Made by a program: the position numbers and the translations under genes. A stretch of 64,000 bases of DNA, taken from contig NIVC01001426.1 of the NCBI GenBank assembly GCA_002269645.1, forward strand, positions 62,001 to 126,000. The letters are read 5' to 3'. How positions within the stretch are numbered: position 1 is the stretch's first letter; each line of letters opens with the position of its first letter. This DNA is from Macrostomum lignano. Taxonomy: Eukaryota. The notes under the pieces were generated by a model that searched no databases, was not told the DNA's origin, and saw nothing but the letters and a program-made list of their open reading frames with translations. Positions 26,208 through 38,202 of the stretch are shown here, piece after piece.

Positions 26208-26744
26208 AAGTTTTGACAATTATTATTATTAATATTCAAATTTGATTGAATTTAACATTCTATGCTGGTAGGTGCAATATATCCGTTGTCCTAATTATAT
26301 ATTTAATTGTGAGAGAGCGATTAATTGGTGCTTAATTAAAAAACAATATAAATTACCGTGACTGCCAACCAAATTTAATGGTTACTTTTTTCTGCTCAAA
26401 TTTCAAAGTTTTCATCGAATTCCCACAATTGAACTGCAATTCTGAAGTTGCTCCTTCCCGACCCCTTGGCCTGGCCCTGTATAGAGCTGGATAGGTGACA
26501 CCCTTGTGGCTTGCAGCCCTATAGGTTTTCTGGTGGCCTGACAGGAGACTCGCCCTCGGAAACAAGCCTTCCAGACTCGCTCCAAAATGAAGCCATTTCC
26601 GAGACTTCGGCGTCTCCCCGCTCTCGGACCGCTTTTAGTAGTATTTCAAGATTTTTCCAATCTTTTTTCGCGCACTCCTGGGACTTGTCTGCCGGGTGGT
26701 GGCTTGGGTGGACTCGGTCTTAGCACCGTCTCTGGTTCCACTTT

Positions 26745-27422
26745 TGGGTTGGCGGTGTCTTAGTCCATAGGTTTGGGTTGGCGGTGTCTTAGTCCATAGG
26801 TTTGGGTTGGCGGTGTCTTAGTCCATAGGTTTGGGTTGGCGGTGTCTTAGTCCATAGGTTTGGGTTGGCGGTGTCTTAGTCCATAGGCTTGGGTTGGCGG
26901 TGTCTTAGTCCATAGGCTTGGGTTGGCGGTGTCTTAGTTCATAGGCTTGGGTTGGCGGTGTCTTAGTCCATAGGCTTGGGTTGGCGGTGTCTTAGTCCAT
27001 AGGCTTGGGTTGGCGGTGTCTTAGTTCATAGGCTTGGGTTGGCGGTGTCTTAGTCCATAGGTTTGGGTTGGCGGTGTCTTAGTCCATAGGTTTGGGTTGG
27101 CGGTGTCTTAGTCCATAGGTTTGGGTTGGCGGTGTCTTAGTCCATAGGTTTGGGTTGGCGGTGTCTTAGTCCATAGGTTTGGGTTGGCGGTGTCTTAGTC
27201 CATAGGTTTGGGTTGGCGGTGTCTTAGTCCATAGGTTTGGGTTGGCGGTGTCTTAGTCCATAGGCTTGGGTTGGCGGTGTCTTAGTCCATAGGCTTGGGT
27301 TGGCGGTGTCTTAGTTCATAGGCTTGGGTTGGCGGTGTCTTAGTCCATAGGCTTGGGTTGGCGGTGTCTTAGTCCATAGGTTTGGGTTGGCGGTGTCTTA
27401 GTCCATAGGCTTGGGTTGGCAG
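26745..27422. repeat. 29-bp minisatellite between the convergent PXMP2 and WSC genes
   Basis: Unit GGGTTGGCGGTGTCTTAGTCCATAGGTTT. Confidence 0.95.
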
Positions 27423-27901
27423 ATTCCCCTGGCCCAGACGTCAGGGTCCAATCTCGGGCTATATGCCGCTGTTAGTGCCCCTCAGCGGCAGAGCCCCTCC
27501 CAGGGCTGATCCGCGGGTAGCTCCCGGCTTCCCACTCCCGTTTAACTTGGAGAAACTTGGAGAAGCATATAACTTTTAAAGCAACAGAATATTTCAAACT
27601 AGGCTTCAACTTCATTGCTTTTTCTTCCCTCCCAATTGCTGGGCTAAAAGTCATGGATGTGCATTCAGGTGTGGCTTAGAGGAGTGTGATATACACCAGT
27701 CATTTACCGAAGTCATTTTGCAGCATTTAAGAGAGTTGATGTCATTTGGGATCAGCAGAACGAGGGATATAATGAAAATTAAAATGCAATAAAAAGAAAT
27801 AAAAAAAGAATTTCAACTTTTTGCGATTTACTTCTTTTATTTATCCGAGATTCGAGTTTCTGTTTAAACTCGCACTAGTTCACTCCGGCCTGAACTGAGA
27901 T

Positions 27902-30900
27902 TCAGGACTGTATATTCAGTTTGAACACCAGCATAAACATGTCGCTCCCGCACACTTCCATGTTGAATCTCACCCCGGGGCACTTGTACTGGCAGAAGCT
28001 CATGTCGTATTTGTTTTGCTCCCCAGATGGAATTTCGTTGCCGCAATGGCAGCTCCCTTGTGAGTCCTTTGTCATCAAGCCGAAATATTTGGTCAGATAC
28101 TTGGCACACTCACTGGCGCAAACTGACTGAGTCATGTCCGAGCTGGACAGTTTGGGTCCTCCCAGCGTTGATGAATCACTGGCAAAATAGCAGCCAACAG
28201 GATCTTCTGAAAGTTGCAATAATTAAAAATCTTTTTACTGTTTATCCATAATAACGATTCATCTTAGGCTTCAGGGTTGTACAATTTGTATGTATTTCTA
28301 TGTACTTGAGAAGGTGTTCATAGAATGACGGACCGATTAATGGACACTTACCCCAATTATGGATACTCACCCTATGGACACTTATTCCGATTATGGATAC
28401 TCACCCTATGGACACTTATCCCGATTATTGATACTCACCCTATGAACATTTACCCCGATTATGGACTCATCCTATGGACACCTACCCCGATTAATGGACA
28501 CTCACCCTATAGACACTTACTTTGATTAACGGACACCCTATGGACACTTACCCCGATTCATAGACACTCACCTGGCCGACTAACTACTTTTGGTTTCGGC
28601 AAAACGTAAATGCTGATTGCACTGCTGCCGCCGCAGACTTCCAATGGATTTCCGGGACAAGTGAGCCTGCAGCGGTCCTGCACCACTTGGGTCGTGTTGA
28701 TCGTAAATCCGCAGTAGCATTTGGTTGCGTCAAAAATTCCAAAATAGTTGGCAAATCTCAGGGTGCAAAAGAAGTAACAGTCGACTACCGTCATTTCCGG
28801 GTGGCTCCGCGGTATATCATCCAGGGCCGTCTCGGTGCCGTGGTGATTTGCGTAGCAGCCAACGAATTCAACTGCAGTTGTGCGGTTTTTATTGTTGTTG
28901 AAGCCAAAGCTTCATCAGTAACTGCAGCTCTCATTGTGCAGTCTGTGATCAGTAGAGCAAAATTAAAACAAAACATTCCACAATTCAACTTACATTCACG
29001 AACTGAAACGAAAACAAAAGTGCTTTAGAACTTGCATGTACCTTATTTTCGTTGTGTTATCTTGTCAGAGCAAAGTAGCATCTATTGACAAGATAAAGAC
29101 TGCTCACCTTTCGGCTTTGAAGTTTTAGGTGTCGTAGTGATCGATTCTGGAACTGTAAGTCATCGAAAATGTCTTTATACCAGCTAATTAATAAAGAAAT
29201 TTGAAAAAAAGATTAGTAAACTTTTTCAAGTATGCTTATTATAAAACAAAAAGTTTATCACATTTTCTAAATTCCAAACTTTCCAAACTTCACACTTTCC
29301 AAACTCCACACTTTCCAAACTCCACACTTTCCAAACTCCACACTTTCCAAACTTCACACTTTCCAAACTCCACACTTTCCAAACTCCACACTTTCCAAAC
29401 TCCACACTTTCCAAGCTCCGCACTCTCCAAACTCCACACTTTCCAAACTTCACACTTTCCAAGCTCCGCACTCTCCAAACTCCACACTTTCCAAACTCCA
29501 CACTTTCCAAACTCCACACTTTCCAAGCTCCGCACTCTCCAAACTCCACACTTTCCAAACTCCACACTTTCCAAACTCCACACTTTCCAATCTCCACAGT
29601 TTCCAATCTCCACAGTTTCCAAACTTCACACTTTCCAAACTCCACAATTTCAAAACTTCACACTTTCCAAACTCCACACTTTCCAAAACTCCATAATTTC
29701 CAAACTCCACACTCTCCAAGCTCCACACTCTCCAAACTCCAGACTCTCGCAGTTCTTGCAAGTTACTCCACACTTATTAAGCGCTAATTAAATATTTATC
29801 ACCTGACTTACCTGTCGGCTTCTCAGTTGGTGGCGGCGGTGGGACTGAAATGACATAATTATCAAGTTTATGAGTTTGATTAAGCGCTAATTAAATATTT
29901 ATCACCTGACTCACCTGTCGGCTTCTCAGTTGGTGGCAGCGGTGGGACTGAAATGACAATTATCAAGTTTATGAGTTTGATTAAGCGCTAATTAAATATT
30001 TATCACCTGACTCACCTGTCGGCTTCTCAGTTGGTGGCGGCGGTGGGACTGAAATGACGTAATTATCAAGTTTATTAGCTTGATTAAGCGCTAATTAAAT
30101 ATTTATCACCTGACTCACCTGTCGGCTTCTCAGTTGGTGGCGGCGGTGGGACTGAAATGACATAATTATCAAGTTTATGAGTTTGATTAAGCGCTAATTA
30201 AATATTTATCACCTGACTCACCTGTCGGCTTCTCAGTTGGTGGCGGCGGTGGGACTAAAATGACAGAATTATCAAGTTTATGAGTTTGATTAAGCGCTAA
30301 TTAAATATTTATCACCTGACTCACCTGTCGGCTTCTCAGTTGGTGGCGGCGGTGGGACTAAAATGACATAATTATCAAGTTTATTAGCTTGATTAAGCGC
30401 TAATTAAATATTTATCACCTGACTCACCTGTCGGCTTCTCAGTTGGTGGCGGCGACGGGACTGAAAGCCATTAATGTATAATTCGATTATAAGCAGTCGG
30501 GATAATATTGATGAGGTACTTACCGCAGGAAGTAGGATATATTCTACTTATGAATATGCCCTGTTTTCACAGTTCACACATGCTGTAAAGATTCTTTTCA
30601 TATTCGTCTCTCGCTACTCGTTATTAGACGACATTCTTGATCTGTTATCTACATTCATTTTGTTTAATTGCTAGCTGGGTGTCTAATTGCCAGCCGGGGT
30701 GTTTAATTGCTTGCCGGGGTGTTTAATTGCTTGCCGGGGTGTTTAATTGCTAGCTGGGTGTTTAATTGCTAGTTGGGTGTTTAATTGCTAGCTGGGTGTT
30801 TAATTGCTACTCGTAGCTGGGTGTTTAACTGCTAGCTGGGTGGTTAATTGCTTGCCGGGGTGTTTCATTGCTAGCTGGGTGTTTATTTGCTTGCCGGGGT

Positions 30901-33900
30901 GTTTAATTGCTTGCCGGGGTGTTTAATTGCTAGCTGGGTGTTTAATTGCTAGTTGGGTGTTTAATTGCTAGCTGGGTGTTTAATTGCTACTCGTAGCTGG
31001 GTGTTTAACTGCTAGCTGGGTGTTTAATTGCTAGCGGGGTGTTTAATTGCTAGCTGGGTGTTTAATTGCTAGCTGGGTGTTTAATTGCAAGCCGGGGTGT
31101 TTAATTACTAGCCGGGGTGTTTACTTGCAAGCCGGGGTGTTTAATTTATTGTTAACAGTGTCTGTCGATTCCATGAAATAAAAATGCTCCTTTCTTAAAG
31201 TTCCAGTGGTCAGCCATTATTTTGTAAACAATTATTTTTACCTAAACAATATTTTTACCTGGTCGTCTTAAAAGCCAATGGCTTCAGTGACGGAGATGGC
31301 TAAGGCGGTGCGGTGCACGATGGATTCTTTCTAATTTATTGATTACTTTTTTGCTTCTTTATTCAAATGGGAAATCTGTACATTTTTACATTATTTACAT
31401 TTTGTAGACCGTTACTCCACTTATATTACCTGTTTTTTTACCTGGTGTGCATACCTGTCTGGTCAGAGATTTCACCTGATCTATAACAGCATCAAACTAA
31501 TCACAATAAAACTTTAACCCACTATATATGGTCAGTAAAGCTCCCTAATTAACAGGTTCATAATAGGCACATTGCTGCACAAATATAAATTAGCTCACCT
31601 GGACCGGTGTCCTCATCGTCTGCGCCTGAAGCGGTATAGGAAGTAGAACCGTATAAGCCTTTAATTATCTTGGTTAATTTTGGTTATTGATTATTATATT
31701 ATTATTATTATTGATTACACCTGTCAAAATTTGGTAAGATGTGCAACCGACAGCTCAGCCGCAGCTATTGCGCGGCGCATCTGAAGGCTGCGTACGGCTG
31801 TTCAGTCCAAGGACTGGGGGGGGGGGGTTGCACACACGTCTTTCTCAAGGACATAAATCGTTCCAGTGAGATTGGGAATCGAACCCCTGACCTTCGAGTC
31901 GTGAGTGCGACGCTTGTGGTTTGTATAGCCTACTAGTAGTTAGAGCTTCGGACTCATGACTAAAAGGTCGGGGGCTCGATTCTCTTGAGCTACTTGGAAC
32001 AGTTTGTGTCGCGCAATATGAGCTGGCTATGAGCTGTCAGTTGCACATCTGTCGATTGGGGCAGGTGAAATCGATCTATTAGAATTATGATTATAATATT
32101 TAGATAGTAAAATGAATAAATTCATTATATGCTCACCAGAAATCGACGGTCCGAAGTTAATGACAGCTAAAATATTTTCAGTGTTTTATTTAAGCAATGC
32201 TTGAACTGTGTGTATGTAACATGACAGTGTATAATTGTGCAATTATGAATTTGCGAACGTGAAAATAATTTGCAGCTCACCAAACAACGCTTGCTCCTCT
32301 GTCAGATCGTGCAAAGCTGTTCGGACATATTTAAATACGGTGACAGTAAATTAGTGCCGGATTTATGAGTAACGCTGCTATATAAATCGAATCATTTCAC
32401 AGCTGTTTCATTCTATCTGCCCCCAGCTGTCCATCTCTACAATGTACCCTGGTATCATCATATAGTATACTATCATATACTTACTGATTGGTTTTGCATC
32501 GTTATGGCTATCAATGTCGCCGGAAATCGCTAAAAAATAGTTTGATTAAAAGTTGAGTTGGGAATGAAATAAAATGCGAATGTAGACAGGGGCATCGCCA
32601 CCGGGGAAGACAGGGGGGATGTGTCCCCCAGTAAAAGCTATGGGGGACATGCCAATGCATGCTTTGTCCCCGCCACGGCCTACCTTTTGACCCGCGTTTT
32701 ATTGCCGTTATGGAAATCAATAATTTTGTTTCACGGCGACAAAGTATAGCGCCTGGCGTCTGCGGCGCCAAAATGAGTGCCCGAGGTGCCAAAATGAGTG
32801 CCTGTGGCGCTAAAATGAGTCCTTTGGTACATGTACCATAATAAGTTCCTGCGGCGCTAAAATGAGTGCCTGCACGTGGCGCTAAAGTAAATACCTGTGG
32901 CGCTAAATGAGTGCCTGCACGTGGCGCTAAAGTAAATACCAGTGGCGCTAAAATGAGTGCCTGCAGCACCAAAAGAAATGCCTGCGGCGCCTAAATGAGC
33001 GCTGACGCACCGATTCTTAAAATGATGTGCATGTTGCAATTGTTATGTGCATGTACATGTAGATTCTTGGCTTTGTCCTCCCAACATGAATCCATGGCGA
33101 CGCCCCTGAATGTAGACATGTACATGTAAATATACGTGTACATTATGGAGCACTCAATTAACATAGTTGGCGTAGTCTGTACATGCATGCATGTCTACAT
33201 GTAATTTAGAGTGCAACTATACTTACCGAAAATTGAAGGCTCGAAGGGGTCATCCTGGGCTGCAAAATGTAATACTGTAATTAAAGCTTACGTTTGCAGT
33301 TTACTGCAGATATGTGTGAAGTTTTCTTTCAAATGTCAGGTTTTCTAGCTGGTTAGTTGGCTTTCACGCATTTAAAAACGAACTGAAGCTCGAAAAGTTG
33401 ATACTCAGCGTTTATAACAATTATTTGATAAATTAATTTTTAATAAACCTTATAATAATCAGATTTCTTTTAAAAAGTACGGAGTATGGGTTCTTATTTT
33501 TTATCACGAATATTGTTATTGCTTTTGATAGAAGTGGAGACCAACAGTTGTTCATCTTTTGATGTCTTGCGTTCTTTTCTCAATTGATTTTCATAAAGCG
33601 TGCATGTTCTGTGCCAAAAATTTATAAAATATGGCACAACTCAAGTCATTGTTTTATGAATCTATTTTTATCATTCCGTTTCATTTTGTTAAGAGCCTCT
33701 TCACGGCAATCGGTTCTAGAACCAGAATAAATTCGAGTTCTAGAACCAGAACCAGTGTAATATGAGGAGCTTCCGATCCGAACCCATTTTATGTTTGACA
33801 GTTTTTACAATTTAATTTTGTCGTTCTTTGACTTTGTTTTGCCTTGGATATGACAAAAAAACGGAATAATTATATAACAATAATAAAAACTTGACGATTT

Positions 33901-34357
33901 CAAAATATACTTTACTGTTAAAGTGTAAACATGACAGCGGTTCGATAAAATTTCTCGAACCATATTCCAGAACCAGAACCATCGATATGAAGAGGCTCTT
34001 AGTGATTAACTAAGTACTAAGAATTATAGTATAGATTCATAAAACCAATGAATTGAGCTGTACCATTCTCATAATCTTTTTTGCACAGTACATGTACGTG
34101 GGATATAAAATTACCAAAGAATCCTAATTTTCTAAACGAAAAGTTTTATGAACATCAGAGCTATAAGGCAAGACATTATTTTAATTATTGCAGACCAATA
34201 GTTATTCTTCTGAATACGAAAACTGGAGATGTGAAGACTAAGACTACTCTATCAGAAATTACCAACAGTTGATAATCAAAACCAAAAGTATTCGCTCACC
34301 AAAGCAGAGAGTGATGGCCGCCAATATTAGGAAAACAGTTAGCTTTTGGACAGCCAT
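27902..34357 (-). CDS. Secreted protein: signal peptide, micro-exon-encoded Pro/Thr-rich stalk, two C-terminal WSC domains
   Basis: Minus-strand exons 34300-34357 (MAVQKLTVFLILAAITLCF), 33227-33259, 32485-32529, 32281-32316, 32137-32166, 31599-31658, seven 33-nt exons (30428-30460, 30325-30357, 30222-30254, 30119-30151, 30016-30048, 29915-29947, 29812-29844), 29108-29152, 28572-28871 (WSC1: GCY..MT..C..FC..YFG..CYCG..C..CPG..VCGG) and 27902-28206 (WSC2 + TGA). All junctions are GT-AG, phase 1, and keep one open frame. AATAAA lies about 60 nt after the stop. Confidence 0.8.
28325..28560. repeat. About 34-bp minisatellite in the WSC1-WSC2 intron; unit contains splice-donor-like GGTGAGT/GGTAAGT on the sense strand
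   Basis: Plus-strand units contain ACTCACC / ACTTACC. Confidence 0.8.
29275..29770. repeat. 16-bp minisatellite in a WSC-gene intron
   Basis: Unit CTTTCCAAACTCCACA. Confidence 0.92.
29775..30465 (-). repeat. 7-copy, about 103-bp tandem repeat; each unit is a 33-nt exon plus an intron of about 70 nt
   Basis: Unit on minus: ...TTTCAG|TCCCACCGCCGCCACCAACTGAGAAGCCGACAG|GTGAGT...; encodes (V)PPPPPTEKPT. Confidence 0.88.
30672..31145. repeat. 19-20-bp minisatellite in a WSC-gene intron
   Basis: Unit TAGCTGGGTGTTTAATTGC. Confidence 0.9.
31737..32050. mobile_element. Head-to-head pair of tRNA-derived SINE-like copies
   Basis: Minus copy ...ACTCACGACTCGAAGGTCAGGGGTTCGATTCCC (B box); plus copy TAGCCTAC...GGACTCATGACTAAAAGGTCGGGGGCTCGATTC. 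Both end in GCTGTC(A/G)GTTGCACATCT. Confidence 0.6.
32587..33108. mobile_element. hAT-type MITE
   Basis: TIR CAGGGGC(A/G)TCGCCA, perfect 8-bp TSD AATGTAGA, internal GGCGCTAAAATGAGTGCC repeats. Confidence 0.85.
33690..34001. mobile_element. MITE nested in an older element related to 4528-5023
   Basis: 14-bp terminal inverted repeat TAAGAGCCTCTTCA / TGAAGAGGCTCTTA; internal AGAACC repeats. Confidence 0.7.
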
Positions 34358-35182
34358 CACAGAATATCTCTTTGCAATTTGATTTCAATGTCTTAAGCTG
34401 AATGCAAGCGACGAACAATGTGTTCTGTGTTTGAAAAAGTATAACGAAAACTGATTGGAGATTTTATTTATAAAACTTTGCTAACCCAACATTTTCAAGC
34501 GTTTTTTAAAGAATATAAAAAATTTCGAATTAGCCAACTTTCTTAACCAGACAGGAATGGAATTTGAAATTTGAATATTTTCAAAACTTATTGGAATTCA
34601 ACGATTCAGTTTTTTGTTTCATTTAAAGCCGGCTCAGCAAAGAAACGAAGTCAAGGACCAGGCATAGCTCGGGATTGTAAATTTGCCTTGTGACAATTTC
34701 GATCAACTGACTCGAGACATTTGAGAATGAACAAAAACTGCATGCCTTCAACTCTTTAAACCCATTTGGTATATTTGAATACATAACGAATATTAAATTT
34801 TGTTTAAAATATATTTTTTTACACAAAAACTAACAGAGACCCCAGCAACTGCTGCCATGAAATTTCATAAACGATAATTCAATGATTGCGCAATTATCAG
34901 CACAGGTGTTAACTTTCAAGTTTCACGGGCCGCTAATTGAGAAACTAAAACTTATTTATGGTAAAAGACCAGCAACTGCTTGCGCAGACAACATTGCTTC
35001 TTCATAAAAAAGCAGAATGCACAATACAAAAGCCAAAACACAACACATAGACAAGAGCAGAAAGGCAGGAGAAAAGATCGAGTTCAGTAAGTCGTATGCG
35101 AACATATATATTATGAAATCGTGTTCACTGCACAGCTTTAAAATCCTTTGCAGTCGAGCTGTGCATCAGAGTTCCTCCCGGT

Positions 35183-36288
35183 CTAATAGCCACCACGCCC
35201 GCCTGCAAAGTCATCGACACAGGGGGTTTGGCGGATCGCAAATAAGTTATTTAGTATAAAAGTGCATTTTTAACAAAATTTTATTTCACTAAAGCAAATC
35301 AACCTTGACACTCACCACGGCCACCGCGAAAGCCGCCGCCAATGCCGGCGCCGCCACGTCCGCGACCACCACCACGGCCGCCGGCGCCGTACGGCTGGAA
35401 TCGCTGCGGGCCGCCGCCGAATCCGCCAACCGGCTTGGCGGGGCCGCCAGCGTAGCCTTGGCTGCCGTAGGAGCCGAAACCGCCGCCATTGTCATAGGCG
35501 CCTTCGCCACCTTCGCTGTAGCCTCCGGCGTCGTAGCCTACGGCATCCCCGTAGCCACCGTAGCCTGCGTCACCGTAACCTCCATAGCCACCGTAGCCGC
35601 CTCCATAGCCGCCGCCATATCCGCCTCCGTAGCCACCCCCATATCCGCCGCCGCCGCCGCCGCCGCGCCCAGCGAAGCCGCCGCGAACGTTGAACCCGGA
35701 AGCTTGGCGAGCCTTCACCTCGGCCATCTGCTCTTTGGACAGGGCCTTCTTGCAGTCCACTCGCGGATTGCCGCCGATGTTGTGCGGCTTGTACAGAATC
35801 GCCTTGTCCACCGGATCGTAGTCCTTGAACGTGACGAAGCCGAAGCCGCGCGGCTTGCCAGTCTCCCGCATCACGGCAATCTCCGCTGACGCAACCTCAC
35901 CGTAGGAGCCGAAATACTCGCGCAGATCGTCCTCGGTGGTCTCCGGCTTCAGACCGCCCACAAACAGCTTCTCCACTCTCACGTGGCTCTCGTCCTTGTT
36001 CGCGTCACCCCGGGGCATCGCCCGCTTCGTGTCCACCTCCTTGTTGTCGAGCACATGCGGCCGGTTCGCCTGCGCGTCATCCACGCTCGACTCGTCCTTG
36101 TAGGTGACGAAGCCAAAGCCGCGAGACCGGCCAGACACCTTGTCCTTCATCACCACCACGTCAACAAGCTCGCCCCACTGGCCAAAGTGGCCCTTCAGAT
36201 CGTCTTCTGTCACGTTTGGCGTCAGGCCGCCAATAAACAGCTTTCTGAGCTGCTCAGTCTCCTTGTCGCCTCGGTTACCAGCCATCAT
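35183..36288 (-). CDS. HNRNPA1-like: hnRNP A/B-family RNA-binding protein, copy A (2 RRM + Gly/Tyr-rich tail, about 330 aa)
   Basis: Exon 35316-36288 (ATG at 36288) spliced in phase 1 to 35183-35202 (..GGRGGY*). RNP motifs KLFIGGL/RGFGFVTY and KLFVGGL/RGFGFVTF; KRAMPR and CKKALSK linkers. Confidence 0.92.
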
Positions 36289-38202
36289 GTTGAATTCTGA
36301 AGTCTGAAAGCAATCCAACTAGATTGGTTGGGCATTTAACAGAATGGAACCCTAGTAGGGTAGAGTTACAGACTTCAAATGATGATGACATTCTTTCAAT
36401 CACAGCCACACAAAGAACTTTCTAATGTCTGACCTTAAACGTCCTTATTGATCTAGAACACATACAGACAAGCGCTCAATCAATTCCAGATCATTGTTAA
36501 TCACATTCACGCTTCAACAATGCCCGAATAATTACATAATAATTAAATGACAACTAAGGAAACTCTTTCACGATAGAAAAAGGCTAGTTAAGCTAACGCA
36601 CGCACTGCCTCTGCTGCGAGAGCAACAATTTCGCTAGCTAGGAGCAACACCGGGCCTATTTAATAATTAGCTTTTTACAGCTTGGCCTGGCAGATTAGTA
36701 ACTCCTTTTCCATTAATAACTTATATTTCAGCCTGTCAACTCATGTTCATTTTTGATGCTAACATTGGGTCGATCAGATCAAATTATTAATCTTACACAA
36801 GCGAAATATGGAACAACAATTATCAACTAAATTAGAGTTTACCGCCTTTGATAAGTAATAAAAATAGCCCAAGCCTTGAATTTGAACAATGAAGCTACTA
36901 ATTGTGGTGAAAGTGAAGTTTTTCAGCGTGAGAAAAGTTAATTAATAACTACAAAAATAGTCACACCCGCTTACACTTACGACTATATGTATACTTATAC
37001 TACTACTAGTTATATAATAAGTTATTTTGCACCTAACTGACAACAATCATGTTCACGCAAGAGCAAAGTTGTAAGAGCAATTGACACAAAATTGCGTGTT
37101 GCCTTAAGCTTGAGGAATTCAAACAATATTTAATTAACTGGCATATTATTACAAGTGGCAGTTTTCTCAAAAACAGAACTGATAAATTACACAAGACTAA
37201 TTAGTATACAGCTTATTCATTACATATGGATAGGTAAATATGAACACTAAAAATCGACTATTAGCTGCTAAGTAAAACAGTCTTAAGTTGAGAAAATACT
37301 CGCTAGTCGCTACTAATGCCCGCCTGACACCTGAGGCTGCAGATAGTTATTCGAGCTGCAATTTAAATAATATTCCTCCCACATAGCCTTAGAACTCATG
37401 ACAAAATAAAATAAGGAATATGGGCACACTTCAGATTTATAAAAAAAATAAGTTCATAATCCCCATTTAGCAAAGAGTAATTGCACAACACATTTATTAG
37501 ACCTTGCCGTCTATGCATTAATAGTTAAGCTGGTGATTGGCTGCCTCACTGACTTCGGGGTCGAGATTTCAGTGCAGTCCGCTGAACAACCTTTTCAATA
37601 ACGTGGCTGATTCCATTACCAACATGATCTGTGCTCTCCTTTTGATTGGCTAATTATCTTAGCCCGAATTATCTCCTCACTCAGTCCATTGTCGAGACCA
37701 GGCCTGTCCTACTTACGCTATAAAAACGGTCTCAACACGCACACACAATCTCCTAGGTTGCTTAACATCTGAGTGGCCCTGCGCTTCAGACTGACTGACT
37801 GACTGGGTGTGTGTGTGTGACTTTTGCTCAACCTGAAATTAGTAGATATAAATATAGATTTAATGACTGATTCTTAAGTTAATTATAAGCACATTTTCTA
37901 GCATATAAACACCGTACACTTAACTTACAGAGAACAACTTTCTTAAAGATAGTTTGAGCTAATAAAAAATTAGCCTTGCACGCAGTTCAAACAGGCGCAC
38001 GCATACAGCAACAGATTTTAGTGAGCAATAAAAACAAAAAATTGATTAAATTTGCAATCAAACTTACCCCGAATTCCATGAGAACAGCATCCAATTGGTA
38101 AACAGACGACAGAGAGATTTAGTAGCAGGTTTTCCCCAAGACTCGAATTACAGGCAGCATAAAAGTCGATTGTGCCTTCCGTTAGTTAATCAGCCAGTCC
38201 CA

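Noticed and set aside
28905-28925. Tandem TGA TGA in the WSC reading frame as possible selenocysteines
   Set aside because: More simply explained by the downstream acceptor at 28872 or a 1-nt homopolymer error; no SECIS recognised.
29775-30465. CRISPR-like appearance of regularly spaced repeats (here and in other arrays)
   Set aside because: There are no unique spacers, no cas genes, and the context is eukaryotic; these are whole-unit tandem repeats.
31923-31990. tRNA genes here and near 48270-48335
   Set aside because: A/B-box-like motifs are present but no complete cloverleaf or acceptor stem; treated as SINE heads or pseudo-tRNA.
36375-36435. Possible C/D-box snoRNA (ATGATGA...CTGA)
   Set aside because: Too short, no terminal stem, and antisense to the hnRNP host transcript.
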